A stretch of 64,000 nt of DNA from Candidatus Moraniibacteriota bacterium (GTDB taxonomy: Bacteria > Patescibacteriota > Minisyncoccia > Moranbacterales > GCA-2747515): NCBI GenBank assembly GCA_046116545.1, contig CP175956.1, positions 1,170,912 to 1,234,911 of the forward strand, in the 5' to 3' direction. A program made the translations under genes and the position numbers. The notes beneath the pieces are model-generated. The model saw only the letters and a program-made list of their open reading frames with translations. It did no database searches and was not told the origin of the DNA. Below, one piece after another: positions 41,113-50,446 of the stretch (its first letter is position 1; each line of letters starts with the position of its first letter).

Positions 41113-42219
41113 CTATTTATTTATCATATGCTCATTAAACGCTTTTTCAACGTAGTCCTTTATTTTACCCTTGAAAATTTCTCTGTCAAATTTTTTAGCT
41201 TTATTTCTAATATAATTTGCATCAAAATCATACTCATCAAACTCCTTCATTACCGTATTCAAGGAACTTACCGATTGTGTATCAAAAAATAATCCTGTTT
41301 TTTCATCCTCTACATGCTCTACAATATCACCACCCTTATACGCAATAATTGGCCTTCCTGCAGACATTGCTTCTATGGCAACAATTCCAAAGTCTTCTTC
41401 TTGTGGAAATATAAATGCTTTTGCATTTTCATAATAATTAGCCAAATCATCATCTTCAACTCTCTCTAAAAATTCTATATTATCATTTGCTCTCTTTTTG
41501 AGCGCCTTCAATTCTGGTCCTCTTCCTATTATTTTAAGTGGCAAACCATTCTTATTAAAAGCATCTATTGCTATATCATGTTTTTTATATGCAATAAGTC
41601 TACCAACCATCAAAAAATAATCTTCAGATGCATTTTTATTTACATGAAAGTTATTAACATTAACAGGAGGATTAATTACAAAAGAATCCTTATCATAATA
41701 TTTCTTGATTCTTCGTGATACAAATTCTGAATTTGCTATATATTTATCAACTCTATCACTACTAACTCTATCCCAAATTCTGACTCCATTCATCATAAAT
41801 GGCACAGCCTTTTCCACAATCTTTGGCAATCCGAAATCTCTTGTGTACTTTTGACAATCATCCCAAGCATATCTCATAGGTGTATGTACATAAGAAATAT
41901 GAAGTGTTTCCGGTCTAGTTATTATACCCTTTGCAAAACTAGAAGAATCTGACAAAACAATATCAAATTTAGAAAAATCAAACTCTTCTATTGCCATAGG
42001 CATAAGAAGTGGAAATATTCTATGTCTCTTTTTTGAAAAAGGCATTTTTTGTAGAGATGACGTATGTATATTGCAATCAGAAAAAGTATCTCCCATAACA
42101 TCTTTGTCATAAATGAGAGTATAAATAGGTGCATCAGGAAACAATTCACAAAAACACTCCAAAACTTTTTCAGCACCACCATGCTGCACTAGATAATCAT
42201 GTACTAAAGCTATCTTCAT
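41113..42219 (-). CDS. GT4-family glycosyltransferase
   Basis: GIVAIEAMSAGRPIIAY GT-B C-terminal motif; its start overlaps the stop of the upstream gene. Confidence 0.75.
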   Translation of the reverse strand: MKIALVHDYLVQHGGAEKVLECFCELFPDAPIYTLIYDKDVMGDTFSDCNIHTSSLQKMPFSKKRHRIFPLLMPMAIEEFDFSKFDIVLSDSSSFAKGIITRPETLHISYVHTPMRYAWDDCQKYTRDFGLPKIVEKAVPFMMNGVRIWDRVSSDRVDKYIANSEFVSRRIKKYYDKDSFVINPPVNVNNFHVNKNASEDYFLMVGRLIAYKKHDIAIDAFNKNGLPLKIIGRGPELKALKKRANDNIEFLERVEDDDLANYYENAKAFIFPQEEDFGIVAIEAMSAGRPIIAYKGGDIVEHVEDEKTGLFFDTQSVSSLNTVMKEFDEYDFDANYIRNKAKKFDREIFKGKIKDYVEKAFNEHMINK

Positions 42220-42557
42220 TATTTAAGTATTGCGTCAGCAATCCAACCAACAACTGTAACAATTATAAGTCCCCATACTGCTGGCATAAATCCATCTATT
42301 GTCATACCTGGCACAAAAGTTATCAACCAAAAAACTAAAATATTTATCAAAAGCCCAAAAAGACCTAATGTCAAAAAAGTAATAGGCAGTGCAAATAATT
42401 TCAAAAGAGGTCTAACTGTAACACTCAAAACTCCAAATATAAATGCAGCCAATATTGCTGTCGGCCAAAAACTATCTACAGTGATCCCATCCACAAAGTG
42501 TTGTGCAAGCAATAATGATCCCGCTACAACCAAAAGTTTGATTATATATTTTATCAT
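42219..42557 (-). CDS. Phage holin family 4 / DUF360 four-TM membrane protein
   Basis: 112 aa; AILAAFIFGVLSVTVRPLLKLFALPITFLTLGLFGLLINILVFWL matches the PF04020 pattern. Confidence 0.65.
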   Translation of the reverse strand: MIKYIIKLLVVAGSLLLAQHFVDGITVDSFWPTAILAAFIFGVLSVTVRPLLKLFALPITFLTLGLFGLLINILVFWLITFVPGMTIDGFMPAVWGLIIVTVVGWIADAILK

Positions 42558-42687
42558 AATATGATAATAACAAATTACATTGTCATTATAGCATTAATTC
42601 TGTCATAAGAACAAAAACAATAAAAATGACCGCATTAAATCCAAATTTAAATAGGTAATTAATTATTTATTGTTTCAAGTTTGTTGT

Positions 42688-45255
42688 CTACTGATAAAAC
42701 CCACTAGCATCAGAGGTAGCAGTATAAGTAACAGAACCAGTATATATTCCTGAAGGTTGTGATGGTGATACATCAACTTTGTAACATACATCAGTTGTTG
42801 ATGAAGTTGAATTATATGCTGTGTGTGCTGCTACTGCTTGAGCTGTTTGTGGTACACCTGCGTATTGGGCATCATCTGATGTTGTTCCTTCTTCGCATAG
42901 GTTTCCTGAGGTTGTCCATACGTTATTAAACGTATTATTTGTTGTATCTGCTTGTGGAAATTGTATTACACTGAATCCTAGACCTTTTGTTGTTGGAGCG
43001 TTCCATGATTCTGTTACTTTTGTTGTTTCATTGAATTGTGTTAGGTCTGGTATTTCATCTGTATTATTTGAATGTACTAGAGTTGTATTTGAAGCTCCAT
43101 TATCATTTATCATTGACAGGTAGTAACCTTGGGTATCATTTGTTGTTACTATACAAGTTGATTGTCCTACTGCTGGAGTTCCTGCTATTACTATTCCTGG
43201 ATTTGCTATTGTTCCTAGTATTACATCGTAATCTCCTGTTACACCATCTTTATCGTAACAATCCATTGATAGGGTTGCATTTACTTCTACATTTAGGTTT
43301 AGGTCATCTATTCCTGATATTGTTCCATCTCCGTTTACAATATAAGTTGTTGCATGGTTTGTTGTGAATGTACATATTCCGTTTGTTACTGTACATGTTG
43401 TATGTAGGACTTCAGTTCCTTGTGCTGCTCCTTCCTCTCTCGAAAGTACATCCAATATCATTCCATTGTAAGCTTCGCTTACAGTTATTTCCATTGTTAT
43501 ATCATTAGTAAAGTCTAATGATATTCCTGGTACACCTATTCTTACTGCTCCTACTGCATTTGGTAGATTTACTTGTTCACTTGTTAATGTATTTTCTGTT
43601 ATGAAGTTTTCAAAGTTAAAGTTTCCATTTAAACTTTCGGTTATTACTGTATTATTTGGAAATATTGCATTTGTTGTATTTGATTGGAATGTTACTTGTA
43701 CTTGGGTTGTTGTTTGGGTTGTGTTATCTATTGTTCCGTTGTCTACTGTTATATATCCATTATCTACTGATTGTTGCATTTCTGAATTATTTGGGTCTGT
43801 GATTATCACTTCTTCTACTACATCATCTACTGATATTATTATTTGTTTTTCGAATTGTTCTTGTAATGATTTGTATATATTTGAATTTATATTCTTTGTT
43901 GCATCGTTATAAAAATTTGTAACAACTAGATAATTTTCCATTCCTATCATAAAGTATTCCCAACTTGTTGCACCACTTGTTGCGATTGATTGAAATTCTA
44001 CAAAAGTTGAACCGTTCCATTTGTAGATTTTTGAGTTTATATTATATGTTGAACCATTATAATTATTTGCAACAACTAAATAATGTTCTGTGTCTATTGT
44101 AAAGTATTCCCAGTCTGATGCACCATTTGTCGCAATAGACTGAAACTCCACAAAAGATGTTCCATTCCATTTGTAGATTTTTGAGTTTATATTTGTTGAG
44201 CCATTGGAATAATTTGCGACTACCAGATAATCATCTACACCTATTGTGAAATGCTTCCAACCCGATGCACCGCTTGTTGCGATTGATTGAAAATCTACAA
44301 AAGATGTTCCATTCCATTTGTAGATTTTTGAGTTTATATTATATGAACCACTATATGAATTTGCAAGTGCCAAATAGTTATCTGTACCAATTGTAAAGTA
44401 TTCCCAACTATTTGCGCCAGTCGTTGCAATTGATTGAAATTCTACAAAAGATGTTCCATTCCATTTGTAGATTTTTGAGTTTATATTTCTCGATGAACCA
44501 TTATAATAATTTGTAACAGCTAGATAATCATCTATACCTATTCTGAAATGTTCCCAATTTCTTGCACCATTTGTTGCAATTGATTGAAGCACTCCAAAAG
44601 ATGTGCCGTTCCATTTGTAGATTTTTGAGCTTATGTTATATGTTGAACCATTATAATAATTTGTAACAGCCAAATAATCATCGGTACCTATCGTAAAGTG
44701 TTCCCAGTCTGATGCACCGCTTGTTGCGATTGATTGAAAATCTACAAAAGATGTTCCATTCCATTTGTAGATTTTTGAGTTTATATTATATGTTGAGTTA
44801 TTATGATAATTTGCAACAACCAGATAATCATCTGTGCCTATTGTGAAATATTCCAAGTCTTGTGCTCCATTCGTTAAAATGCCTTGTTCCAATACAAAAT
44901 CAGAATATGAATCAGTTGTTTTCACTCTTGTTGAATAGTTATTATCGCCAGGAGTACCTCCTAGGTCTTCTGGATTTTCATAATCTGGTGTAAAGTTTAG
45001 ATTTAGATTATCTCCATCTATTGTGAATTTGGAATTATCTTCGTCTCCTATTCCATTTATTAATTCATATGTGTATGGAGAATTTCCTCCTGTTGTAGTT
45101 AAAGTTCCTGAAGTTGTTCCACTTGGTGTATTTTCATCTATACTATCTGAACTTCCTCCATCTATTTGTATATCTGTTATTGCTGCTTGTGTTGTCTGTG
45201 TTAAAAAAAGTATAACAATCAATGTTATTGGGAATAGTAATATATATTTTTTCAT
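42688..45255 (-). CDS. Secreted 855-aa protein: N-terminal cadherin-like domain plus eight EAR/EPTP-like beta-propeller repeats plus a C-terminal region
   Basis: Signal peptide; IDENTPSGTTSGTL...YTYELI...FTIDGDNL cadherin-like pattern; 8 repeats SKIYKWNGTSFVDFQSIATSGASDWEHFTIGTDDYLAVTNYYNGS resembling LGI1/ADGRV1 EPTP repeats (IYKWNG, YLVVAN). Confidence 0.7.
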   Translation of the reverse strand: MKKYILLFPITLIVILFLTQTTQAAITDIQIDGGSSDSIDENTPSGTTSGTLTTTGGNSPYTYELINGIGDEDNSKFTIDGDNLNLNFTPDYENPEDLGGTPGDNNYSTRVKTTDSYSDFVLEQGILTNGAQDLEYFTIGTDDYLVVANYHNNSTYNINSKIYKWNGTSFVDFQSIATSGASDWEHFTIGTDDYLAVTNYYNGSTYNISSKIYKWNGTSFGVLQSIATNGARNWEHFRIGIDDYLAVTNYYNGSSRNINSKIYKWNGTSFVEFQSIATTGANSWEYFTIGTDNYLALANSYSGSYNINSKIYKWNGTSFVDFQSIATSGASGWKHFTIGVDDYLVVANYSNGSTNINSKIYKWNGTSFVEFQSIATNGASDWEYFTIDTEHYLVVANNYNGSTYNINSKIYKWNGSTFVEFQSIATSGATSWEYFMIGMENYLVVTNFYNDATKNINSNIYKSLQEQFEKQIIISVDDVVEEVIITDPNNSEMQQSVDNGYITVDNGTIDNTTQTTTQVQVTFQSNTTNAIFPNNTVITESLNGNFNFENFITENTLTSEQVNLPNAVGAVRIGVPGISLDFTNDITMEITVSEAYNGMILDVLSREEGAAQGTEVLHTTCTVTNGICTFTTNHATTYIVNGDGTISGIDDLNLNVEVNATLSMDCYDKDGVTGDYDVILGTIANPGIVIAGTPAVGQSTCIVTTNDTQGYYLSMINDNGASNTTLVHSNNTDEIPDLTQFNETTKVTESWNAPTTKGLGFSVIQFPQADTTNNTFNNVWTTSGNLCEEGTTSDDAQYAGVPQTAQAVAAHTAYNSTSSTTDVCYKVDVSPSQPSGIYTGSVTYTATSDASGFYQ
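43905..44930. repeat. Coding tandem repeats (about 147-nt period, 8 copies) for the EAR/EPTP-like blades
   Basis: ccatttgtagatttttgagtttatatt recurs at a regular period. Confidence 0.75.
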
Positions 45256-45340
45256 ATTTATTTTTATTTTATATCATCATGTATTAGGACATGCTGTCAT
45301 TTAGTATATCATCAATTATCATTTTCACAAAAAATAAGTA

Positions 45341-46762
45341 CTAGTTTTTTCTTACACGTAAAACTGCCCAAGGTGTTTTGAGTAATATTTTAGCATCAAG
45401 CAATAATGACCAATTTTCTATATAATAAACATCTAGACGATATTCATCTTCGAAATCTAAATCACTCCGCCCTGAAATCTGTGCCATACCTGTTATACCT
45501 GGTTTTATAGTTAACAATCTCCTATGGTATTCCCGATATTTGTCTACTTCTCTTTGTTGATGTGGTCTCGGACCAACTAAGCTCATATCCCCTTTCCAGA
45601 CATTGAAAAACTGTGGGAATTCATCTATAGAAAATCTTTCCAAAAATTTACCAATCCAAGACTTACGAGGGTCATTTTCTATTTTATAAATCGGACCAAC
45701 TCTAACTGACTGATTTTTAATTAATTCTTTTTCATATTTTACAGCTTCTTTGTAATTTGGGTTTTTCTCAGTTGTACACCATTTCCATTTAAAATATCTA
45801 AATTTATACACATAAAACTCTTTTCCATTTGATCCAATTCGTGCATTTTTAAATACTATCGGAGCATGTATATCTTCAAGCTTTACTAAAATTGCGGCTA
45901 CTATAAGTATGGGGCTTGTAAGTATAATCAAAATACTAGAAATTATTACATCTACAATTCTTTTGAGAATTTTTCCCCATCCATCCAACGGTGTATGCAT
46001 AACCTCTATAATTGGCTCACCCTCAAATATCATCATTTCAAATTTAGTTGTTTGAAGTGAAGCTGGTATAAATTTATAGGTTATATTGTTTATTGCACAG
46101 TAATCATGTAATTTCATTAGCAAATCATCTGGCATGGCTGATTCATGTACAATTACCTCATCAATACCATCCCTTTCTTGAATTTTTTTAATCTGACGAA
46201 TATTAATGTAATCAACATGATCCACTATTTTATAGCCTAACCGCTTCTGCGTTCGTATAACCTGACACAAATATTTAATTTTATCATTTGAGCCAATCAG
46301 CAAAACACGATGAACGCCAATTTCATTTCTCACTAAAAGAAATTTTTGAAAAGCATGCATCATCACCCTGCCAATTGATACTCCAGCTATCGCCATGAAC
46401 CATGCAGCTACAATTATAAATCGTGAAGAAAACCATTCTCGTTGCAAAAAGAAACCAATCATAACTAAAACAAGTACAATCGTCATGCCTTTTGTAACAT
46501 AATAAGTTTCTTTCCAAAATTTCCTAGTGGACCTGATATTATAAAGTCCTTCAAATGCAAAAATTATAATTGCAACAACTGCTATAAGAATTGTAAAGTT
46601 TAAATATTGATCAAAAGACACATTATAGATTCCTTCTTTATTTATAATTGATTGGACTTCTGCAGTATGTCTTAACTTATAAGCAAATAAAGATGCTCCG
46701 ATTATCAATATAAAATCAACAAAAACTTGTATAAAACTAAAAAATAACTCTGATTTTTTCAT
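45341..46762 (-). CDS. Polyprenyl glycosylphosphotransferase (WbaP/bacterial sugar transferase family), the priming enzyme
   Basis: 473 aa; N-terminal TM helices; C-terminal PRPHQQREVDKY...IKPGITGMAQISGRSDLDFEDEYRLDVYYIENWSLLLD, the hallmark of the bacterial sugar transferase domain. Confidence 0.8.
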   Translation of the reverse strand: MKKSELFFSFIQVFVDFILIIGASLFAYKLRHTAEVQSIINKEGIYNVSFDQYLNFTILIAVVAIIIFAFEGLYNIRSTRKFWKETYYVTKGMTIVLVLVMIGFFLQREWFSSRFIIVAAWFMAIAGVSIGRVMMHAFQKFLLVRNEIGVHRVLLIGSNDKIKYLCQVIRTQKRLGYKIVDHVDYINIRQIKKIQERDGIDEVIVHESAMPDDLLMKLHDYCAINNITYKFIPASLQTTKFEMMIFEGEPIIEVMHTPLDGWGKILKRIVDVIISSILIILTSPILIVAAILVKLEDIHAPIVFKNARIGSNGKEFYVYKFRYFKWKWCTTEKNPNYKEAVKYEKELIKNQSVRVGPIYKIENDPRKSWIGKFLERFSIDEFPQFFNVWKGDMSLVGPRPHQQREVDKYREYHRRLLTIKPGITGMAQISGRSDLDFEDEYRLDVYYIENWSLLLDAKILLKTPWAVLRVRKN

Positions 46763-46789
46763 AAAAAAATATAATAATAACTTTCATGT

Positions 46790-47157
46790 ATATTATTGGA
46801 AGACAGTTAATAAGCCGGATTCTGTCAAAAAATAAATTTTGGATGACAATCTATCTTGTTTATATGTTGCCATATAAATCCTTGCGACTCTTTCCAATTA
46901 CTTGGAATACGGTCTTGCACTTCAGTAAGGATTTAGCCGTTTCACTCTCTGTGTTACCACAAAGCATTATCCAAATAAATTTGGATAGTTTTTTACTTGC
47001 GCAAAAAACCGTCACTGCTCGCACCTCGTAGATTACTCTAGACGGGTATTACCCGCTACCGTTTTTTTGGTCATAAAGACCAAACTAGTGTCCGGACTTT
47101 CCTCTCCGAAATAAATTTCAAGAGCTGTCATCAAACGGTCTCCCAATAATATAAATG
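46790..47157 (-). ncRNA. rnpB: RNase P RNA (bacterial)
   Basis: Both conserved P4 strands are present on the minus strand: GAGGAAAGTCCGGAC (reverse complement of 47090-47108) and ACAGAATCCGGCTTAT (reverse complement of 46805-46826); terminal P1 pairing GGGAGAC/GTCTTCC; length about 370 nt. The + strand ORF 46786-47031 is spurious. Confidence 0.8.
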
Positions 47158-47159
47158 AA

Positions 47160-47190
47160 CTTCAATATTCTTATTATACACCAAAAACTT
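47160..47190 (-). promoter_or_regulatory. Putative rnpB promoter (-10 TATAAT at 47178-47173 on the minus strand)
   Basis: TATAAT hexamer a few nucleotides upstream of the P1 5' strand; -35 not clear. Confidence 0.25.
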
Positions 47191-47225
47191 CCAAATAAAA
47201 AACCTACACAAATCGCATAGGTTTT
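47191..47225 (-). terminator. Intrinsic terminator downstream of the SdrD-B-like gene
   Basis: aaaaccta/taggtttt stem with an 11-nt loop; T-run on the minus strand. Confidence 0.5.
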
Positions 47226-47248
47226 CTATTTATAAAGTACCTTGAAAC

Positions 47249-47803
47249 TTATTTTCTCAAAGCTGTTTTTTTGCTTTGTCTTTTGTAAACAAACATTGCT
47301 CCACCAGCAGCCATCGCAATTGCTATAATAGCAATCATTGTGCTTGGACCAGTTACAGGAGAACTTTGTCCTACTGCAACATAACTAGTTGCTGGACAAT
47401 GATATCCAAAGTCTGCATGAGTATAATAGTCATCACCACCTACCCATTTGTCTTCATACTTACCATCTTTATTCCAATCACGGTCATATGTATTGTAACA
47501 ACCTTCTGGAAGAGTTTCTTGTGCAACTACAATGTCGTAGCTACCATCATCAAGATCCTTAAACTTATAACGACCTTGAGAGTTTGTCTTATCTGTCTCA
47601 ACATCATTTCCATTGTAAAGTTTTATCTTTACCCCAGAAATACCTTCTTCTCCAGCGTCTTGAACGCCATTTGCATTGCGGTCATTCCATACAGTATTAC
47701 CAATTGACGCAGCGCTAACATTAGCAGCAACACCCATAATAGTAATAGCACATAGTGCCACAATTGCCATTTGCATTTTCTTCATAAAATATGCTTTTAA
47801 CAA
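47249..47803 (-). CDS. Secreted protein with SdrD B-like / Cna-B-type beta-sandwich domain and C-terminal TM anchor
   Basis: Signal peptide; NTVWNDRNANGVQDAGEEGISGVKIKLYNGNDVETDKTNSQGRYKFKDLDDGSYDIVV pattern; hydrophobic C-terminus followed by KRQSKK. Confidence 0.5.
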   Translation of the reverse strand: MLKAYFMKKMQMAIVALCAITIMGVAANVSAASIGNTVWNDRNANGVQDAGEEGISGVKIKLYNGNDVETDKTNSQGRYKFKDLDDGSYDIVVAQETLPEGCYNTYDRDWNKDGKYEDKWVGGDDYYTHADFGYHCPATSYVAVGQSSPVTGPSTMIAIIAIAMAAGGAMFVYKRQSKKTALRK

Positions 47804-47942
47804 TTAAATGTCTCCACCGCACACGATTTTTGCAACAAACCACGTACGCTTGGATAACGTATAAATATAGCATTTTTTACTAATTTTGTCAATGAAAAAG
47901 CCACAATAATAATTTTATATTATTGTGGCTACTTACCACTGC

Positions 47943-48701
47943 TTATTCACCTATTTTGAGTGTAATATTGGAAATAGACTTTATTTCACTACCCTTTATT
48001 GAAGCAACTAACGGACCTTGTCCATATAGCCAGGTACCCTCTTCAATTTTCTCATTTTTGCTTACATATGGCTTTTCTTCCATGAAAATTTCCCGTACGA
48101 CATCGGCATTTTGAAATAATTCATCTATCCCAAAATCGATTGCTGACATTGAATATCTGTCATTTGACTGCGCCATGTAATCTCCTGGGGCATGCATACT
48201 AAGACAAATTGATTCAGTTGCAATTACACTCATCGTATCACCATCTTGTGAATCATCGCTGTATTCCCATACAGCAGCTTCTAATTGATAAAACTTATCA
48301 TTCAGTTCTACAATATTATTTGCGAGATAGGTTATCCGATCATTAAAAATATCTTCATTTTCTTTACTAAAATATCTTCCAAGCTCCTTTGAAACTGCAA
48401 TTTGCATAGCTCTCGACATATGTCCTGCATAATCAATATTTGCAAGTTTGTCACTTAAGTCTGCTATTATTTCTTGCCTTACTGCACGTTCACTTTTTGT
48501 AACTAACAATTCTTGTTTTGCAACTAACAGTTCTTTTTGCAACATTTCAATTTGAATAGATTGTTCCAAAACAACATCCGTCTGCATATTATCTACAAAA
48601 TATGCAGACAATGGAAAAAATGTTTCAAACAAAAATGAAACTGGTGTAACCATGGCAATAAACTTTATTGACCAAAACACTAACTCAGTGATGACGCTCA
48701 T
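47943..48701 (-). CDS. Hypothetical membrane-anchored coiled-coil protein
   Basis: N-terminal TM; heptad-like LQKELLVAKQELLVTK segment. Confidence 0.4.
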   Translation of the reverse strand: MSVITELVFWSIKFIAMVTPVSFLFETFFPLSAYFVDNMQTDVVLEQSIQIEMLQKELLVAKQELLVTKSERAVRQEIIADLSDKLANIDYAGHMSRAMQIAVSKELGRYFSKENEDIFNDRITYLANNIVELNDKFYQLEAAVWEYSDDSQDGDTMSVIATESICLSMHAPGDYMAQSNDRYSMSAIDFGIDELFQNADVVREIFMEEKPYVSKNEKIEEGTWLYGQGPLVASIKGSEIKSISNITLKIGE

Positions 48702-48826
48702 GACTTCCTCCTTTTATTTTTAAAAAACAACATACATCCATCAAACTGAAAAATTATACTAACATGACTCAATAAAAAAATCAATAGAAAAAGCAGTAAC
48801 TATTTACCTTTATCTAATGAAAATAA

Positions 48827-48906
48827 CCTGTCATTCCGGAAATGTTTATTTCTTCACGAACGATTAGTGAGTGATTGGAAATAACATTATCCGGAATCTC
48901 TAGAAC
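48827..48906. repeat. Intergenic palindromic repeat, long form (MITE/REP-like), with TTCCGGAA core at both ends
   Basis: cctgtcattccggaaatgttt...aacattatccggaatctctag; the ends are inverted copies of each other; related copies at 9226, 53170, 63127 and 48937. Confidence 0.6.
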
Positions 48907-48936
48907 ACATCAAGAAAAATTCGTGTATTACAATAA

Positions 48937-48963
48937 GATTCCTGCCTGCGCAGGAATGACATT
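48937..48963. repeat. Short hairpin form of the same repeat family, in inverse orientation
   Basis: gattcctgcctgcgcaggaatgacatt; its reverse complement gtcattcctgcgcaggcaggaatc parallels the 63127 copy. Confidence 0.5.
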
Positions 48964-49074
48964 AGAAAAATCTGAATAATTACAAAAAGCACCCTCCATA
49001 AATATAAGCTACTGCATGCTTGTAACTTGTAAAAGGCATAATCCTTACTAACAATATTATTCAACTCTAAAATA

Positions 49075-49108
49075 AAAACTGTTTGCAAAATTCTTTGCAA
49101 ACAGTTTT
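49075..49108 (-). terminator. Intrinsic terminator of the 49130-49642 gene
   Basis: 13-bp perfect stem aaaactgtttgca/tgcaaacagtttt with an 8-nt loop; T-rich on the minus strand. Confidence 0.55.
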
Positions 49109-49129
49109 ATATTGTTCTTGAAAAAATAT

Positions 49130-49642
49130 TCAAAGACTAAATATACCTTTAACTATATCAGTAACGATTTTCTCTGGTTTTTGATATATCGCTAAATATA
49201 CCAGTACCAGACTTTCTCGCTCAATAGCTATTGAGTGTGTAGTATTCTGTGACTTATTTATGATATTCATCTTGAACCATTCTTTGCCTTTCTCATGAAA
49301 TACAGATAAGTTTGTAGTATACCACCTCTGTGTATTCATGGTGATGTCCATATCTTTATATTCAAACTTACCACCTTTAACAAATGCCATCCAAGAGCCA
49401 CGTATGTCTTCTCGATTGATAACATATGATTGTGTATTCGTTCCATCAGTCACAACCATATCAATGAACTCTGTCGATTCCCCACCTTTTTCTTTGAAGG
49501 AATTTATTACCCTTTGAGCTGTCCATTCTTTCCCATTAATTCTTATGCGCAAATGTTGCGCAATATCTTCTGGAGAAAGCTTACTATTTCCATTACTCAT
49601 ACAATTTACCTCCTTATAAAAAGGAAAGGGCACACCGGTCAT
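49130..49642 (-). CDS. Hypothetical protein
   Basis: 170-aa ORF with its own terminator; no recognisable motif. Confidence 0.45.
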   Translation of the reverse strand: MTGVPFPFYKEVNCMSNGNSKLSPEDIAQHLRIRINGKEWTAQRVINSFKEKGGESTEFIDMVVTDGTNTQSYVINREDIRGSWMAFVKGGKFEYKDMDITMNTQRWYTTNLSVFHEKGKEWFKMNIINKSQNTTHSIAIERESLVLVYLAIYQKPEKIVTDIVKGIFSL

Positions 49643-49673
49643 TAACCAACATGCCCCTTATAACACAATAATC

Positions 49674-50333
49674 TTATTTGTCAGGATCTGACATTGAATC
49701 CGAATCTGTTAAGTCCTCATCCTTAGATTCAACAGAAGAGACTTCATTAATCGGCTCAGACTGTTCACGTTTCGGCTCATCGACAACATCAGAGCTATCG
49801 TCATCTTCTGACTCCAACACTTCCTCATCAGCTTCTTGAAGACCATCGTCTTCTTTCTCATGATCAGACTTATCAGCAGAATGCCCCACACTAACACCAG
49901 CAGCAACCGCTGCTACTTCCGGAGATACCGAGCCTGACTTCTCCTTTTCAACTTCTGTAGAAGCATCATCTTTTTTCTTATGGTCAGACTTATCATTAGC
50001 ATGAGCAGCAGCAATACCTCCCTCAGGTTTTACTCTTGACTTAGGATTGCTTTTCTTCGCCAACTGCATTTTTTTCACAACGAAATAGAAAACTCCAAAC
50101 ATAATACCAAGCACTATGGCATCGCCATACCAAGCAGCGGGAAGACATAAGATGGCCCCCGCAGCCATAATTGGCCAACCAAAAAACATTACCTTAATAT
50201 CACTTAAGTAATCTGGGCCAACTTTGTCATTCAAAAATTTTTGTCCCCTTGGATGCCTTTTTGCAACCTCAGCAATAATACCTATGATTATACAAACAAT
50301 ACCCACTAAATTCTCTTGCCAAAATAAAGTCAT
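49674..50333 (-). CDS. Membrane protein (3 TM) with a long acidic, internally duplicated C-terminal tail
   Basis: Hydrophobic N-terminal half; the tail repeats AAHANDKSDHKKKDDAS and VGHSADKSDHEKEDDGL; D/E/S-rich. Confidence 0.45.
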   Translation of the reverse strand: MTLFWQENLVGIVCIIIGIIAEVAKRHPRGQKFLNDKVGPDYLSDIKVMFFGWPIMAAGAILCLPAAWYGDAIVLGIMFGVFYFVVKKMQLAKKSNPKSRVKPEGGIAAAHANDKSDHKKKDDASTEVEKEKSGSVSPEVAAVAAGVSVGHSADKSDHEKEDDGLQEADEEVLESEDDDSSDVVDEPKREQSEPINEVSSVESKDEDLTDSDSMSDPDK

Positions 50334-50446
50334 ACCTTCTACCTCTTCGCTAAATTTATGTTAAACAACTTTACTATACCCGCAATTACGGACTTTTAAA
50401 TCTATCACAAAATCAAAATTAAATCAAGCATTCGCGTACTTGATTT

